DNA of 64,000 bases from the IMG/VR virus record IMGVR_UViG_3300021425_002620; one strand, written 5' to 3'. Under the pieces are notes generated by a model. It searched no databases and was not told the DNA's origin. It worked only from the letters and a program-made list of their open reading frames with translations. The position numbers and the translations under genes were made by a program. Positions within the stretch are counted from its first letter, which is position 1, and the number at the start of each line of letters is the position of its first letter. This document shows, piece after piece, positions 55,489 to 64,000 of this stretch. Source of the stretch: a virus (Duplodnaviria; Caudoviricetes).

Positions 55489-56104
55489 TCACTATAAACC
55501 ACTAACAGTGTCAGACAAATTTGCGTATGGTTTTACGAAAACAATGCGTTGGTTTGCTGACACTTTTTTCCGTAAACGCTACGGTCATCGTGCCGTAGTC
55601 TTAGAAACTGTTGCTGCTGTACCGGGAATGGTAGGCGGCATGTGGACTCATTTAAAGAGTCTACGCAAATTGCGTCCTGGTTATGGACCAATGATAAGAA
55701 CGCTATTGGCAGAAGCAGAAAATGAACGTATGCATCTTATGACGTTTATTGAGATAGCAAAACCAAATATTTTTGAACGCTATCTTATTTTATTTGCCCA
55801 AGCAATTTTTTGGCATATATACTTTCTTATATTCCTACTAGCACCTAGAACAGCACATCGCATTGTTGGATACTTTGAAGAAGAAGCAGTATACAGTTAT
55901 ACTGAATACCTCCGTGAAGTTGAAGAAGGTAGAATAGAAAATGTACCTGCTCCACAGATTGCAATTGACTATTGGGGACTATCAAGCGATGCAAGATTAC
56001 GTGAAGTAATCGTTGCTGTTAGAGATGACGAGGCAGGACATAGAGATGTAAACCATCATATAGCAAGTACAGGACAAATAGATGAAACCAAACACAAAAT
56101 TTGA
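55478..56104 (+). CDS. aox: alternative oxidase (AOX)
   Basis: [39 protein letters not shown] diiron ligands. Confidence 0.95.
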   Translation: MGNDHYKPLTVSDKFAYGFTKTMRWFADTFFRKRYGHRAVVLETVAAVPGMVGGMWTHLKSLRKLRPGYGPMIRTLLAEAENERMHLMTFIEIAKPNIFERYLILFAQAIFWHIYFLIFLLAPRTAHRIVGYFEEEAVYSYTEYLREVEEGRIENVPAPQIAIDYWGLSSDARLREVIVAVRDDEAGHRDVNHHIASTGQIDETKHKI

Positions 56105-56246
56105 ATTAACAGTGAATGATATTGACCTTATCGAGCAAGCTCTACGTAGTTTGCCTGCAAGTAAAGAAGTGCAAGAATTATTAGGTCGAATACATCATCA
56201 AAAGGTTTGGTATAGGCCTGCCAAAAAAATTTACGTTTCAGGTTGA
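56082..56246 (+). CDS. hypothetical protein, 54 aa
   Basis: Hand-translated [21 protein letters not shown]...[14 protein letters not shown]. Confidence 0.65.
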   Translation: MKPNTKFELTVNDIDLIEQALRSLPASKEVQELLGRIHHQKVWYRPAKKIYVSG

Positions 56247-56320
56247 CTTTAACTAAATACTCTGTTACATTAGTTATATAAACAATGTAGCCAACACACA
56301 GACACACAAGGAGAAAAACA

Positions 56321-56638
56321 ATGAGTACTGTAGAAACAAAATACGGGGAAACTATCCTCAAGCAGACACAAGAAATTGCCGATATGTTTAAGCAGGCAAT
56401 GCCAAAAGTAACAACAAATAAGAACGGTTACGAAATCCGCACCAAAGTGCTAGAGATGGCACAAAATCAAATGTGGCAAGATTATCATGCCAAGTACGGA
56501 CAGTTTGAAACTGCTATTACTAAAGATGGTGATGAAGTTGTAACCAAAGTAACGATGCCTGAAATTCCAGGTGCCGATGCTGTATTAGAAGCGGCTAACA
56601 AGTTTTACGACTTTGTAAACGGTAAGCCAACTAAATAA
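56321..56638 (+). CDS. conserved phage hypothetical protein
   Basis: AGGAG SD; NKNGYEIR motif. Confidence 0.75.
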   Translation: MSTVETKYGETILKQTQEIADMFKQAMPKVTTNKNGYEIRTKVLEMAQNQMWQDYHAKYGQFETAITKDGDEVVTKVTMPEIPGADAVLEAANKFYDFVNGKPTK

Positions 56639-56705
56639 TAGATAAAGAGTAGAAACTAATAAAGGGACATAGTCCTTAACATAAAAAGTATATTACACCA
56701 AGCAG

Positions 56706-56733
56706 CCCCCGGCATTAGAAATAGTGTCGGGGG
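56706..56733. terminator. hairpin between convergent genes
   Basis: CCCCCGGCATTA-GAAA-TAGTGTCGGGGG. Confidence 0.7.
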
Positions 56734-56741
56734 TTAATCTT

Positions 56742-57599
56742 TTATGGAACACCTGCTGTATTATCTACAAGTAGGATATCAAACGTACAAGTATAACGTC
56801 CGTTGTTTGACTGTGTATGCATCCTTGCATCAATATCTGTCTTCTCTGGGAACGATTGTGGAATAGGATATTCCAACTGATATGGTCCGCCCACACCATT
56901 AACTTCAGCAACGTGTTTGAGTTGAAAACTGCCTGCGCCTCCTGGGCGAGCAAACAGTTTGAAACTGCCTGTTGCTGTGCCCTGTGCTGTAACATCAAGA
57001 CGCATCAAATAACCTGTGAAGCCTGCGGGTATGGTATAGACACTCATCAGTGTTTGTCCCAAGTCTTCAAGTATCTTTGCCACTGTAGTGACACCTGACT
57101 TGATTAGTATTCTTTTTGTGTTTGGATCAAAACTTCCACCATTTGTAAATCGTGCTCTGAACACTCGTTTGAAGTTGTTGGTGGTTGTAGCACTTGATCC
57201 TGATATAGTAACTGTTTCTGTTTGTAGATTGTAGTCGCCATCCAATCCCTGTATTTCTACTGTATCGCCATCGTGTGCTGTGCTGGTGCTGCCTTCGTTG
57301 TTTGGCTCTACCACACTCACAGTAAGCACACCGTTGGCATCAATGGTTGCCCAAGGATAAACTGTATCGTTCTCATCCCATATGGTTCCGTTGGTGTTTT
57401 GGCTCATTGCCGGAACAGCACCAAACTTGTGTATCTGTCCAAAGCCTGCGGGTAGGTTGATTGAGTTGTAGATGTCTCCGCCCACAGTTCTAATCACAGG
57501 TTGCCCAACACTGTTGTAGTCCATTGCCATAGTCAAGTCATTTGTGTTTGGCTCGAAGCTATGAGTGTAGCTGGTGCTGTTGGGATTTAAATTTGGCAT
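56742..57599 (-). CDS. putative virion structural protein
   Basis: Beta-rich, T/G-rich; IHKFG motif. Confidence 0.65.
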   Translation of the reverse strand: MPNLNPNSTSYTHSFEPNTNDLTMAMDYNSVGQPVIRTVGGDIYNSINLPAGFGQIHKFGAVPAMSQNTNGTIWDENDTVYPWATIDANGVLTVSVVEPNNEGSTSTAHDGDTVEIQGLDGDYNLQTETVTISGSSATTTNNFKRVFRARFTNGGSFDPNTKRILIKSGVTTVAKILEDLGQTLMSVYTIPAGFTGYLMRLDVTAQGTATGSFKLFARPGGAGSFQLKHVAEVNGVGGPYQLEYPIPQSFPEKTDIDARMHTQSNNGRYTCTFDILLVDNTAGVP

Positions 57600-57600
57600 A

Positions 57601-57828
57601 TTACGGAGCCCAAGGTCTGCCGACTTTTAGTCCGCCTGTGTTTGCATTGTCTTCAAGTGTGTTATCTGCTTTATACTTTGTTGGTAGTTGATCGATGTCT
57701 GCGGTTGTGTCAGCGTAGCGTCCTGGCTCTACTACATTGCGGGCCGCTCTATCTGCTTCTGCAAGTGCAAGTTTTGCTTCTTGTCTTAGTTTCTTGTTAG
57801 CAAGTGTTGATATATTGTTAGCTGCCAT
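57601..57828 (-). CDS. small hypothetical protein
   Basis: AGGAA SD; LPTKY...GGLKVGRPW. Confidence 0.7.
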   Translation of the reverse strand: MAANNISTLANKKLRQEAKLALAEADRAARNVVEPGRYADTTADIDQLPTKYKADNTLEDNANTGGLKVGRPWAP

Positions 57829-57838
57829 TGTCTATTCC

Positions 57839-59083
57839 TTATGGTCCGAGATAAATTGAAGCGTCAGCGAAGAACGGAGGTAGTTGATAAACTAATACAT
57901 CGTCTGCGTCTCCTGTGCTATCAGTTAAAACATCTGTGTTGTCAGCATAACCACTTAAATCTGCTGCTGCTTCTGCACTGATGTCATAGTTTTGACTCCA
58001 CCATTTACTGGCACTTGCTTTTGGAACTTGACTGCCACTTGCTGTGTTATCAACATCGTCTGCCAATAGGGGTTCTTCGACCACGTGTCTTGCTCTTTTG
58101 AGAATATCTACTACCTCGCCAATGGGTCTGTCGATCATCATAACCAATCCGTATTGACCTATCATAGCATATTGCTCGCCGGTACCCTCAAAACCTGCAG
58201 AGTTCAGTCTGTCACCATTAAAGTTACAGGTGTATGCCAAAGGGTTAATTTCACTCAATAAGAAATCTACATATGATCCTCTCACGTGCCAATCTGCTGA
58301 TGCTTGTCCAATGTTTCCGTCACCGTTGGCAGTTGAACTTGAGCCACCTACGTCAAGAATAATACCATCTATGTCCCAGTTGATGAACGATATAAATCCT
58401 GCGTCTGTGCCCTGTTGATATACCACATCGTATTCTATCGCTTCATCTCTGCCCAAACTCTGAACACCTTGAGCACAACGGATACCCGCTCGATCAGCAT
58501 CGCTTAAACCGCCTGAAGTAGGAAATACTGTGATAGGTTCACTTGCAACTTGGTCATAGTCTCTAACGTAGTGGGCAATGTCTGCCGCACTGTCTAACAC
58601 AGGATCACCGTTAGCGTTTTCAAAGCCCGCAGGTGGATCTCTGCGTATGCTCAATGCTCCGCTTGATAGATTGTCTAAAGCGTATGGACTGCCGCCATCG
58701 TAACCTGGTTGTAACCCACCGTTCCACACACCTGTCCAAGGAAAAACTCCCCCCACTTCTAATATTGTGCCGCCTGCGGTTCGATTCATTATAGTTCTTA
58801 AACTGGCTCCGTCCCATCTGTTTCTTTCTACAATCATCTGAAGCACACAGAAAGTGTCGCCGTCACCGCCGTTCACAATAAACCAGTTTGGTGAAACTTG
58901 ATTGAAGAACAGTTTGATACATTGTCTCATATGATCTTCATCGTCGAAATCAGCAAGGTAAAGGGCGAACTGGAAGCCTGTAAAGTTGCTCAGTTCAGTC
59001 CATCCAGTTAGATAACTTGTATCATATGTCCTTGTTTCTTGTAGTTTATTAGCAGGGATACTGCCTTTCATTTGTAAACTCAT
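57839..59083 (-). CDS. hypothetical protein, possibly virion
   Basis: 414-aa D/G-rich ORF. Confidence 0.7.
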   Translation of the reverse strand: MSLQMKGSIPANKLQETRTYDTSYLTGWTELSNFTGFQFALYLADFDDEDHMRQCIKLFFNQVSPNWFIVNGGDGDTFCVLQMIVERNRWDGASLRTIMNRTAGGTILEVGGVFPWTGVWNGGLQPGYDGGSPYALDNLSSGALSIRRDPPAGFENANGDPVLDSAADIAHYVRDYDQVASEPITVFPTSGGLSDADRAGIRCAQGVQSLGRDEAIEYDVVYQQGTDAGFISFINWDIDGIILDVGGSSSTANGDGNIGQASADWHVRGSYVDFLLSEINPLAYTCNFNGDRLNSAGFEGTGEQYAMIGQYGLVMMIDRPIGEVVDILKRARHVVEEPLLADDVDNTASGSQVPKASASKWWSQNYDISAEAAADLSGYADNTDVLTDSTGDADDVLVYQLPPFFADASIYLGP

Positions 59084-59370
59084 TATTCATATCCTCTTGG
59101 GTCTTTAATTCTAATATCTGCAGGGTGCTTTGGACCGTTTACGCCGCCGCCTGCTAGTGTAGTTACTGCGTCAATGTCTGCAACTACTTCGTTTGGTGAG
59201 TTAGCAAGCGGACCAAAACTATCAGCATCTAGCATTGCTAGGATCTGTTTAAATCTGCCATCATCTTCGTCATTTTGATTTACTTGTACATCAACTTTTG
59301 GCTGCTCTGCACTATCTTCTACAGCATCAAGTAGATCCAAAACTTGTCTTAATATATCGGTTGCTCGCAT
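59083..59370 (-). CDS. hypothetical late protein
   Basis: AGGAG SD before MRATDILRQ at 59370. Confidence 0.7.
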   Translation of the reverse strand: MRATDILRQVLDLLDAVEDSAEQPKVDVQVNQNDEDDGRFKQILAMLDADSFGPLANSPNEVVADIDAVTTLAGGGVNGPKHPADIRIKDPRGYE

Positions 59371-59408
59371 TTTGTTAACTCCTATGCTGTATTTATGTAA
59401 ATAGTAAC

Positions 59409-60605
59409 ATGATAGACAAGAAACCATTCCAACAAGTTATACACAAACTCAAAGACCAAGGAAAATATCGCGTCTTTAATGATATATTAAGAGAGCGTGG
59501 TGATTTCCCTAGAGCTATTTGGTACGGAAAGTATGCAATCAAAGAGATTGTAAACTGGTGCTCAAATGATTACCTAGGAATGGGCCAGAACAAAGTAGTA
59601 ATTGACGCTATGCATACTGCATTAGATCAAACTGGTGCTGGCAGTGGAGGGACTCGTAATATTGGAGGAACTTCGCACTATCATGTTGCGCTGGAAGGAG
59701 AATTAGCGTCCCTGCATAGCAAGGGTAGTGCGCTTTTATACTCGTCAGCGTATGTCGCAAATGAGTGGACACTTATCTCCTTAAAACAAATCATTCCCGA
59801 CATTGTGTTCCTAAGTGATTCTATGAATCACGCCAGTCTTATTCAAGGTATTAGGCACAGTGGTGCGTCTAAAAAGATATGGACGCACAATGACATGGGA
59901 GATCTTGAAGATAAACTAAGAGAAGTAGCAACGGAAGGCGGTACACCATGTATCGTATTTGAATCTGTATATAGTATGGATGGTGATGTCTCTCCTATCT
60001 TCGAGATTTGCGACTTAGCCGATCGTTACGGTGCAATGACCTATATAGACGAAGTACATGCCGTTGGTTTGTACGGGGACACTGGAGCAGGATACTGCGA
60101 ACTCTTAGGGGAAGACCGTATTGATATAATCAATGGTACGTTGGGCAAAGCCTATGGTGTTACAGGAGGATATATAGCAGGGGACGCTGAAGTCATAGAC
60201 GCTATTCGTTCTATAGCATCTGGGTTTATTTTTACTACTAGCCTCAGCCCTGTGATATGTGCAGGTGCTTTGGCTAGTATTAAATATCTAAAGGATCATC
60301 CTGAGCTAAGAGATGAACATCAATTAGCTGCAAGAAAACTTAAAAAGAAACTAGAACGTGTTGGGCTAGAAGTACACGAAGATGCCTGCACTCATATAGT
60401 TCCTGTTATGGTTAGAGATCCTTTTAAATGCAAAGCAATGAGTGACGCATTGCTAAATGAGTACGGCATCTACGTGCAGCCCATAAATTATCCAACGGTT
60501 GCAGAAGGTACTGAACGACTACGATTTGCTCCTACCCCTTATCATACTGATGCAATGATGAGTGATTTGGTAGTTGCACTTAGAAAGGTGTTTGATGAAC
60601 ATTAA
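59409..60605 (+). CDS. hemA: 5-aminolevulinate synthase
   Basis: [63 protein letters not shown]. Confidence 0.96.
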   Translation: MIDKKPFQQVIHKLKDQGKYRVFNDILRERGDFPRAIWYGKYAIKEIVNWCSNDYLGMGQNKVVIDAMHTALDQTGAGSGGTRNIGGTSHYHVALEGELASLHSKGSALLYSSAYVANEWTLISLKQIIPDIVFLSDSMNHASLIQGIRHSGASKKIWTHNDMGDLEDKLREVATEGGTPCIVFESVYSMDGDVSPIFEICDLADRYGAMTYIDEVHAVGLYGDTGAGYCELLGEDRIDIINGTLGKAYGVTGGYIAGDAEVIDAIRSIASGFIFTTSLSPVICAGALASIKYLKDHPELRDEHQLAARKLKKKLERVGLEVHEDACTHIVPVMVRDPFKCKAMSDALLNEYGIYVQPINYPTVAEGTERLRFAPTPYHTDAMMSDLVVALRKVFDEH

Positions 60606-61011
60606 AAAAGCTCTATGGGCTAGTGCAGGTTTCATTCTTTTAGGCATTGCCTATCTGGGTGTTATTCTTCCAGGCCTACCATGGAGTATCTTTGTTGTTA
60701 TGGCTGCGTATTGTTTTGCTAAAAGTTCAAAACGTATGCATGATTGGTTATACAATCACAAGTTGTTTGGTCCATTCCTTACAAACTGGCAAAGCAAAAA
60801 GGTATTTCCATTAAAATTAAAATACTTTATGATTGCCACAATGGCAACCACAGTTGCATTTACATACTTTGCAACAGGCAACGAAAAGGCTGCTCTTTGG
60901 ACAGGCGGTTTTATGATACTCGTAGCGATATACTGCTGGAGATATCCTAGTTCTGTTGAAGAATACGATAGACGTAAAGCAGCTGGCGAAAAGATTGCTT
61001 GGTTTAAGTAA
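60595..61011 (+). CDS. YbaN/DUF454 family membrane protein
   Basis: LGVILPGLP...[24 protein letters not shown]. Confidence 0.88.
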   Translation: MNIKKALWASAGFILLGIAYLGVILPGLPWSIFVVMAAYCFAKSSKRMHDWLYNHKLFGPFLTNWQSKKVFPLKLKYFMIATMATTVAFTYFATGNEKAALWTGGFMILVAIYCWRYPSSVEEYDRRKAAGEKIAWFK

Positions 61012-61513
61012 GCCAGGCTTCCCAACTTGGATGTTTGATATCAAACTCTAGTTGTTTTCTTTTGTTTACAAGATCATAATAATCTGGGCGGTAAGGAAGT
61101 CTTTTAGGCTTGATCAACTTACTGCCTTTTTTGCTGTTGCAAGGATTACATGCACTTACTATATTTTCCCAATTTGATTTGCCTCCAAGACTAATTGGGT
61201 ATACGTGGTCTAGTGTTAGTTGTTTTTGGGGGAATTGTTGTAGGCAGTATTGGCAGGTAAACATGTCTCGCAAGTGGACATTGTATTTGGAGTATCTTGG
61301 ATTCCGTCGCCGTCGATACATGTCTTTGAGCATGATCACAGCAGGTACTCTAGTTTCCCAGGTGCTACTTCGAACTATCCAATCATCATACCATTCTAGC
61401 ACATTCACTTTGTCTAACCATAGATATGTGATTGCTTCTTTCCACTGAATAGTGGAGGGTGGTAACAAGCTGATAGGTTGTCCGTCTGCATTGAGCACAA
61501 GTGTATCTGCCAC
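61004..61513 (-). CDS. HNH endonuclease (McrA-like)
   Basis: RDMFTCQYC, TLDHVYP...GG, WENIVSACNPCNSKKG. Confidence 0.92.
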   Translation of the reverse strand: MADTLVLNADGQPISLLPPSTIQWKEAITYLWLDKVNVLEWYDDWIVRSSTWETRVPAVIMLKDMYRRRRNPRYSKYNVHLRDMFTCQYCLQQFPQKQLTLDHVYPISLGGKSNWENIVSACNPCNSKKGSKLIKPKRLPYRPDYYDLVNKRKQLEFDIKHPSWEAWLT

Positions 61514-61539
61514 TTGATAGTCCTCTCTACTCTATAAAA

Positions 61540-61743
61540 TTATTTATCGTCGAAATAATCGTAAGGTACACAAACGGCCTGTTGACCAGTTGGAAAATGT
61601 CCAGTAGCAGGATCGCCGCCTACTTTGATTGCAAGCTCTTCTCTTGCTAGAAAACAATCTGTCATGGTTTTGTATCTACCTTCTTCTGTAGCTATAGGGT
61701 GCCCGTGGTAACTAAGGCTTATGTAAACTAATATCCATTTCAT
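61540..61743 (-). CDS. small secreted Cys-containing protein
   Basis: Track ORF; hydrophobic N-terminus, C...C. Confidence 0.6.
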   Translation of the reverse strand: MKWILVYISLSYHGHPIATEEGRYKTMTDCFLAREELAIKVGGDPATGHFPTGQQAVCVPYDYFDDK

Positions 61744-62105
61744 AAAGGATCACCTTGCACTGAAAATGCAGGTGCAAAGTTAGAACCAGCTAGTAACAAA
61801 CATTCAGTGCCACTGCCTGGTTCAATAATAATTACACTATAACTCATACTCGAGGGGTTAATTGTGGTTACTACTTCTGCCTGCATCCAACTGCCATTGA
61901 TGTTTTGTATTACTCCTTGAGCTGTTGAAAATGGAATTTCACCATATTTTTCTTGAACCATGCTTATGATCTTGCCAGGTTCGTTGTCGCACTGTAGCAT
62001 TGTTCCCATTATCATGGGTTCTGCTAGTGTTTCATCTGCGACTGCGGTTGCTAGAAAGAGTCCTAACAACACGGTCAGTACTCTTGCTAACATTGTTGTC
62101 TCCAA
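61740..62105 (-). CDS. secreted hypothetical protein
   Basis: Signal peptide AVA; C...C. Confidence 0.65.
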   Translation of the reverse strand: METTMLARVLTVLLGLFLATAVADETLAEPMIMGTMLQCDNEPGKIISMVQEKYGEIPFSTAQGVIQNINGSWMQAEVVTTINPSSMSYSVIIIEPGSGTECLLLAGSNFAPAFSVQGDPL

Positions 62106-62123
62106 TTTTATTATGGTTACGTG

Positions 62124-62660
62124 TTAGAACCAGCTCTCTACTGATTCTGAAGCACATAACTCTATGCACAGTTTCCAAAGACTTTCTTGCCCGGAACTGA
62201 ATACTATGCTCGGTTTGGCTGTTAGTGGTAGCCACGCATGTTTGTCTATTTCATTTTCTAATTGGCCTGCAATCCAACCGCATTTGCCTGCTGCCATTAG
62301 CCATTGACGTGGAGTATTACCACTTGCTATTTTTTCTAACATAAATTGGTCTGAACTAAGACTGAAATCTTCACTAACAACTCTAGTGTTTGCTGAGAAC
62401 CATTCGCCCGTGTGCAACATAGTTATAGTACGTTCTGATACAGGGCCACCATGGAAGATGGGTTCTTGAAGTGTAAGACTACTATTAAGTAAAGGATTGT
62501 CCAGTAGGTCTGCTATTTTGGTTTCTTCACTGGGTCTGTTTATCACTAGACCTTGACTGCCTTGACGACCGTGATCGTAAAGATATACCACTGTCTTGGC
62601 AAACATTGTTCCATCCAGTTTGGGTGAGGCTACGAGCAGTTTCCCACTATACTTGGCCAT
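62124..62660 (-). CDS. YqgE/AlgH (DUF179) family protein
   Basis: GKLLVASP, FAKTVVYL, GLVINRP, GGPV, GWIAGQLENEI. Confidence 0.9.
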   Translation of the reverse strand: MAKYSGKLLVASPKLDGTMFAKTVVYLYDHGRQGSQGLVINRPSEETKIADLLDNPLLNSSLTLQEPIFHGGPVSERTITMLHTGEWFSANTRVVSEDFSLSSDQFMLEKIASGNTPRQWLMAAGKCGWIAGQLENEIDKHAWLPLTAKPSIVFSSGQESLWKLCIELCASESVESWF

Positions 62661-62661
62661 G

Positions 62662-62916
62662 CTAACTCCAATCTGGCAGTGGACCGCCGTACTTTTTGCC
62701 TTTGATCTTCTTGCCGCCTACTTTTACACGACTGTCTTTTGACTTGCCCAGTTTGTGACTTTTGTTGCCTTCGCGACGACGATAGCCTTGCGATTTGCAT
62801 GAGGCGAGTGCGCTGGCGCCCAGTGCCGAGTTAGGCTTGCTGCTCTTGCAGAGGCTTCTTGACGCTTGCCAATCAAGTATGTCACTTTCTGTTTCTAGTA
62901 GTTCTTCAACCTTCAT
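62662..62916 (-). CDS. small basic late protein
   Basis: TAAATA 4 nt upstream; K-rich C-terminus. Confidence 0.7.
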   Translation of the reverse strand: MKVEELLETESDILDWQASRSLCKSSKPNSALGASALASCKSQGYRRREGNKSHKLGKSKDSRVKVGGKKIKGKKYGGPLPDWS

Positions 62917-62928
62917 ACTGTATTTAGT

Positions 62929-63147
62929 TTATCGATAACGGTCTGCGGGATTTTCGAACTCAAACTCTGGCTCTGGTGCCAATCTAAATGTCAGTGCTTT
63001 TCTTGGCCCTCGTGTGGTATTGATTGCGATCTCACCTGTGCGTTCATGAAACTCTATTTTGGTGATGGTTGCTCGATCGTTGTTCTGCCCTACAAGTATT
63101 TCTTGTCCAAGCTCTAGGTGTAGTGAAATTTCTTTGAGTGTACTCAT
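62929..63147 (-). CDS. hypothetical protein
   Basis: AGGAGG SD. Confidence 0.7.
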   Translation of the reverse strand: MSTLKEISLHLELGQEILVGQNNDRATITKIEFHERTGEIAINTTRGPRKALTFRLAPEPEFEFENPADRYR

Positions 63148-63309
63148 CCGGGTGTCCTCCTTGAGTGCAACGACTGTTGCTTACAAGTATTTAGCGCCAA
63201 ACCAACGCTGCCAATTGGGAGTCTCAGTGATGTCGTCACAGGGATCATCCCACAGATATACACTCTCGTGTGTCATCAATTATTTAAAAAGGTGTGTAGA
63301 GTAGTTAAA

Positions 63310-63600
63310 CTACTGGTTTTCTTCTTGGGTGTCGTCTATGATCACAGCACGATCAATGTCCCAAGCATCGCCATAGTCAATAACGTGTGTGGTTGAGTCC
63401 TGTAGATCACGCACTTCCAGTCTACGGTTTTCTCTGTCGCGAACTAGTATGACACCAATTGATTCATGTTCGCCTGGTCCTGCGGCACTTTCCCCTACTC
63501 TTAAATTGACCACTGGGTTGCCCTCTGAGTCCAACATGCGTGTGGTACGGTATTTGCAAGCCCAAGTTTCTCCTGGTGTGATATCTTCTGGTGTAAACAT
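63310..63600 (-). CDS. hypothetical protein
   Basis: Start MFTPED at 63600, TAATG overlap. Confidence 0.7.
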   Translation of the reverse strand: MFTPEDITPGETWACKYRTTRMLDSEGNPVVNLRVGESAAGPGEHESIGVILVRDRENRRLEVRDLQDSTTHVIDYGDAWDIDRAVIIDDTQEENQ

Positions 63601-63788
63601 TATCGTTGTTCTTCCTCCGGTTGCCAAAGATGAGCGTCTTCTTCTATGTGTATATATGTTACCATGCTCTCCCCACAGCGCACACATGGATCATAGTCTT
63701 TTAGTCCATGGCGTGTGTTGTCAGGTAGTGCAACCTCTACTACTGCACAGCCTTGTACGAGTAACATCAGAGCAAAGATTCTCATCAT
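63600..63788 (-). CDS. small lipoprotein
   Basis: Lipobox VQGC; CxxC. Confidence 0.6.
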   Translation of the reverse strand: MMRIFALMLLVQGCAVVEVALPDNTRHGLKDYDPCVRCGESMVTYIHIEEDAHLWQPEEEQR

Positions 63789-63824
63789 TGTGTTATACCT
63801 ATTTACTAGTTTCATAATACACAC

Positions 63825-63853
63825 AGTATACGTTCTGAACACACAGTTGTCAA
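63825..63853 (-). promoter_or_regulatory. sigma70-like early promoter
   Basis: TTGACA-N17-TATACT. Confidence 0.75.
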
Positions 63854-63868
63854 CCAATAAATATGAGT

Positions 63869-64000
63869 ATGCAAACCTACTATAGAATCATAGACATTGA
63901 CACAGGTGAAATCCTAGCAGACATCCCTGATCAAGATCAAGCATTTGAAACACTTGTACTACTAGAACTAGATCATCCTGACAGTCGATTGGAAATGGAA
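63869..64000 (+). CDS. hypothetical protein, truncated by window edge
   Basis: TAAATA 5 nt upstream; open to end. Confidence 0.55.
   Translation, partial: MQTYYRIIDIDTGEILADIPDQDQAFETLVLLELDHPDSRLEME

Noticed and set aside
56676-56690. Another TTAACATAAAA copy
   Set aside because: Lies between convergent genes with no downstream start; likely chance in AT-rich DNA.
61004-61513. HNH gene as a mobile homing element
   Set aside because: Free-standing McrA-like type with an extra N-terminal domain; no intron or disrupted host gene seen.
1-64000. CRISPR arrays, tRNA or rRNA genes, integrase or transposase
   Set aside because: None seen by eye. The only tRNA-like element is the tmRNA; the only exact long repeat is the two-copy 27-mer. 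A tRNAscan run would confirm.

Overview
64 kb of a large, AT-rich lytic phage genome, almost entirely on the minus strand. PAAR spike, a tailspike-like protein, class Ia nrdAB, sigma70-like TTGACA-N16/17-TAnnnT early promoters and T4-like (TA)TAAATA late promoters point to a T4-like myovirus. The host is probably a marine alphaproteobacterium, possibly Rhodobacterales: it carries a circularly permuted tmRNA with the alpha-type T-loop, Shemin-pathway ALA synthase and DUF1127. The window is dense in host-like genes: proteostasis (clpP, clpS, hsp20, dnaK, groES, tmRNA), translation (infA, rpsU, tilS), nucleotide and C1 metabolism (nrdAB, grx, guaC, prs, glyA), tetrapyrrole/bilin (hemA, heme oxygenase, PcyX-like reductase), alternative oxidase, a PiT-like permease, three outer-membrane barrels, and a curli-like secretion locus linked to FecR and a CHASE2 adenylate cyclase. 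The most unusual signals come from reading outside the ORF track: (1) a 42-codon SD-led gene inside the intervening segment of the two-piece tmRNA; (2) a likely programmed -1 frameshift (A AAA AAG plus hairpin) extending a putative head protein; (3) matching ROSE-type thermometers on both hsp20 and dnaK; (4) an identical 27-nt leader hairpin plus 11-bp periodic boxes on the permease/porin operon; (5) systematic leaderless late genes. All family assignments are from motif recognition by eye; no database searches were run.
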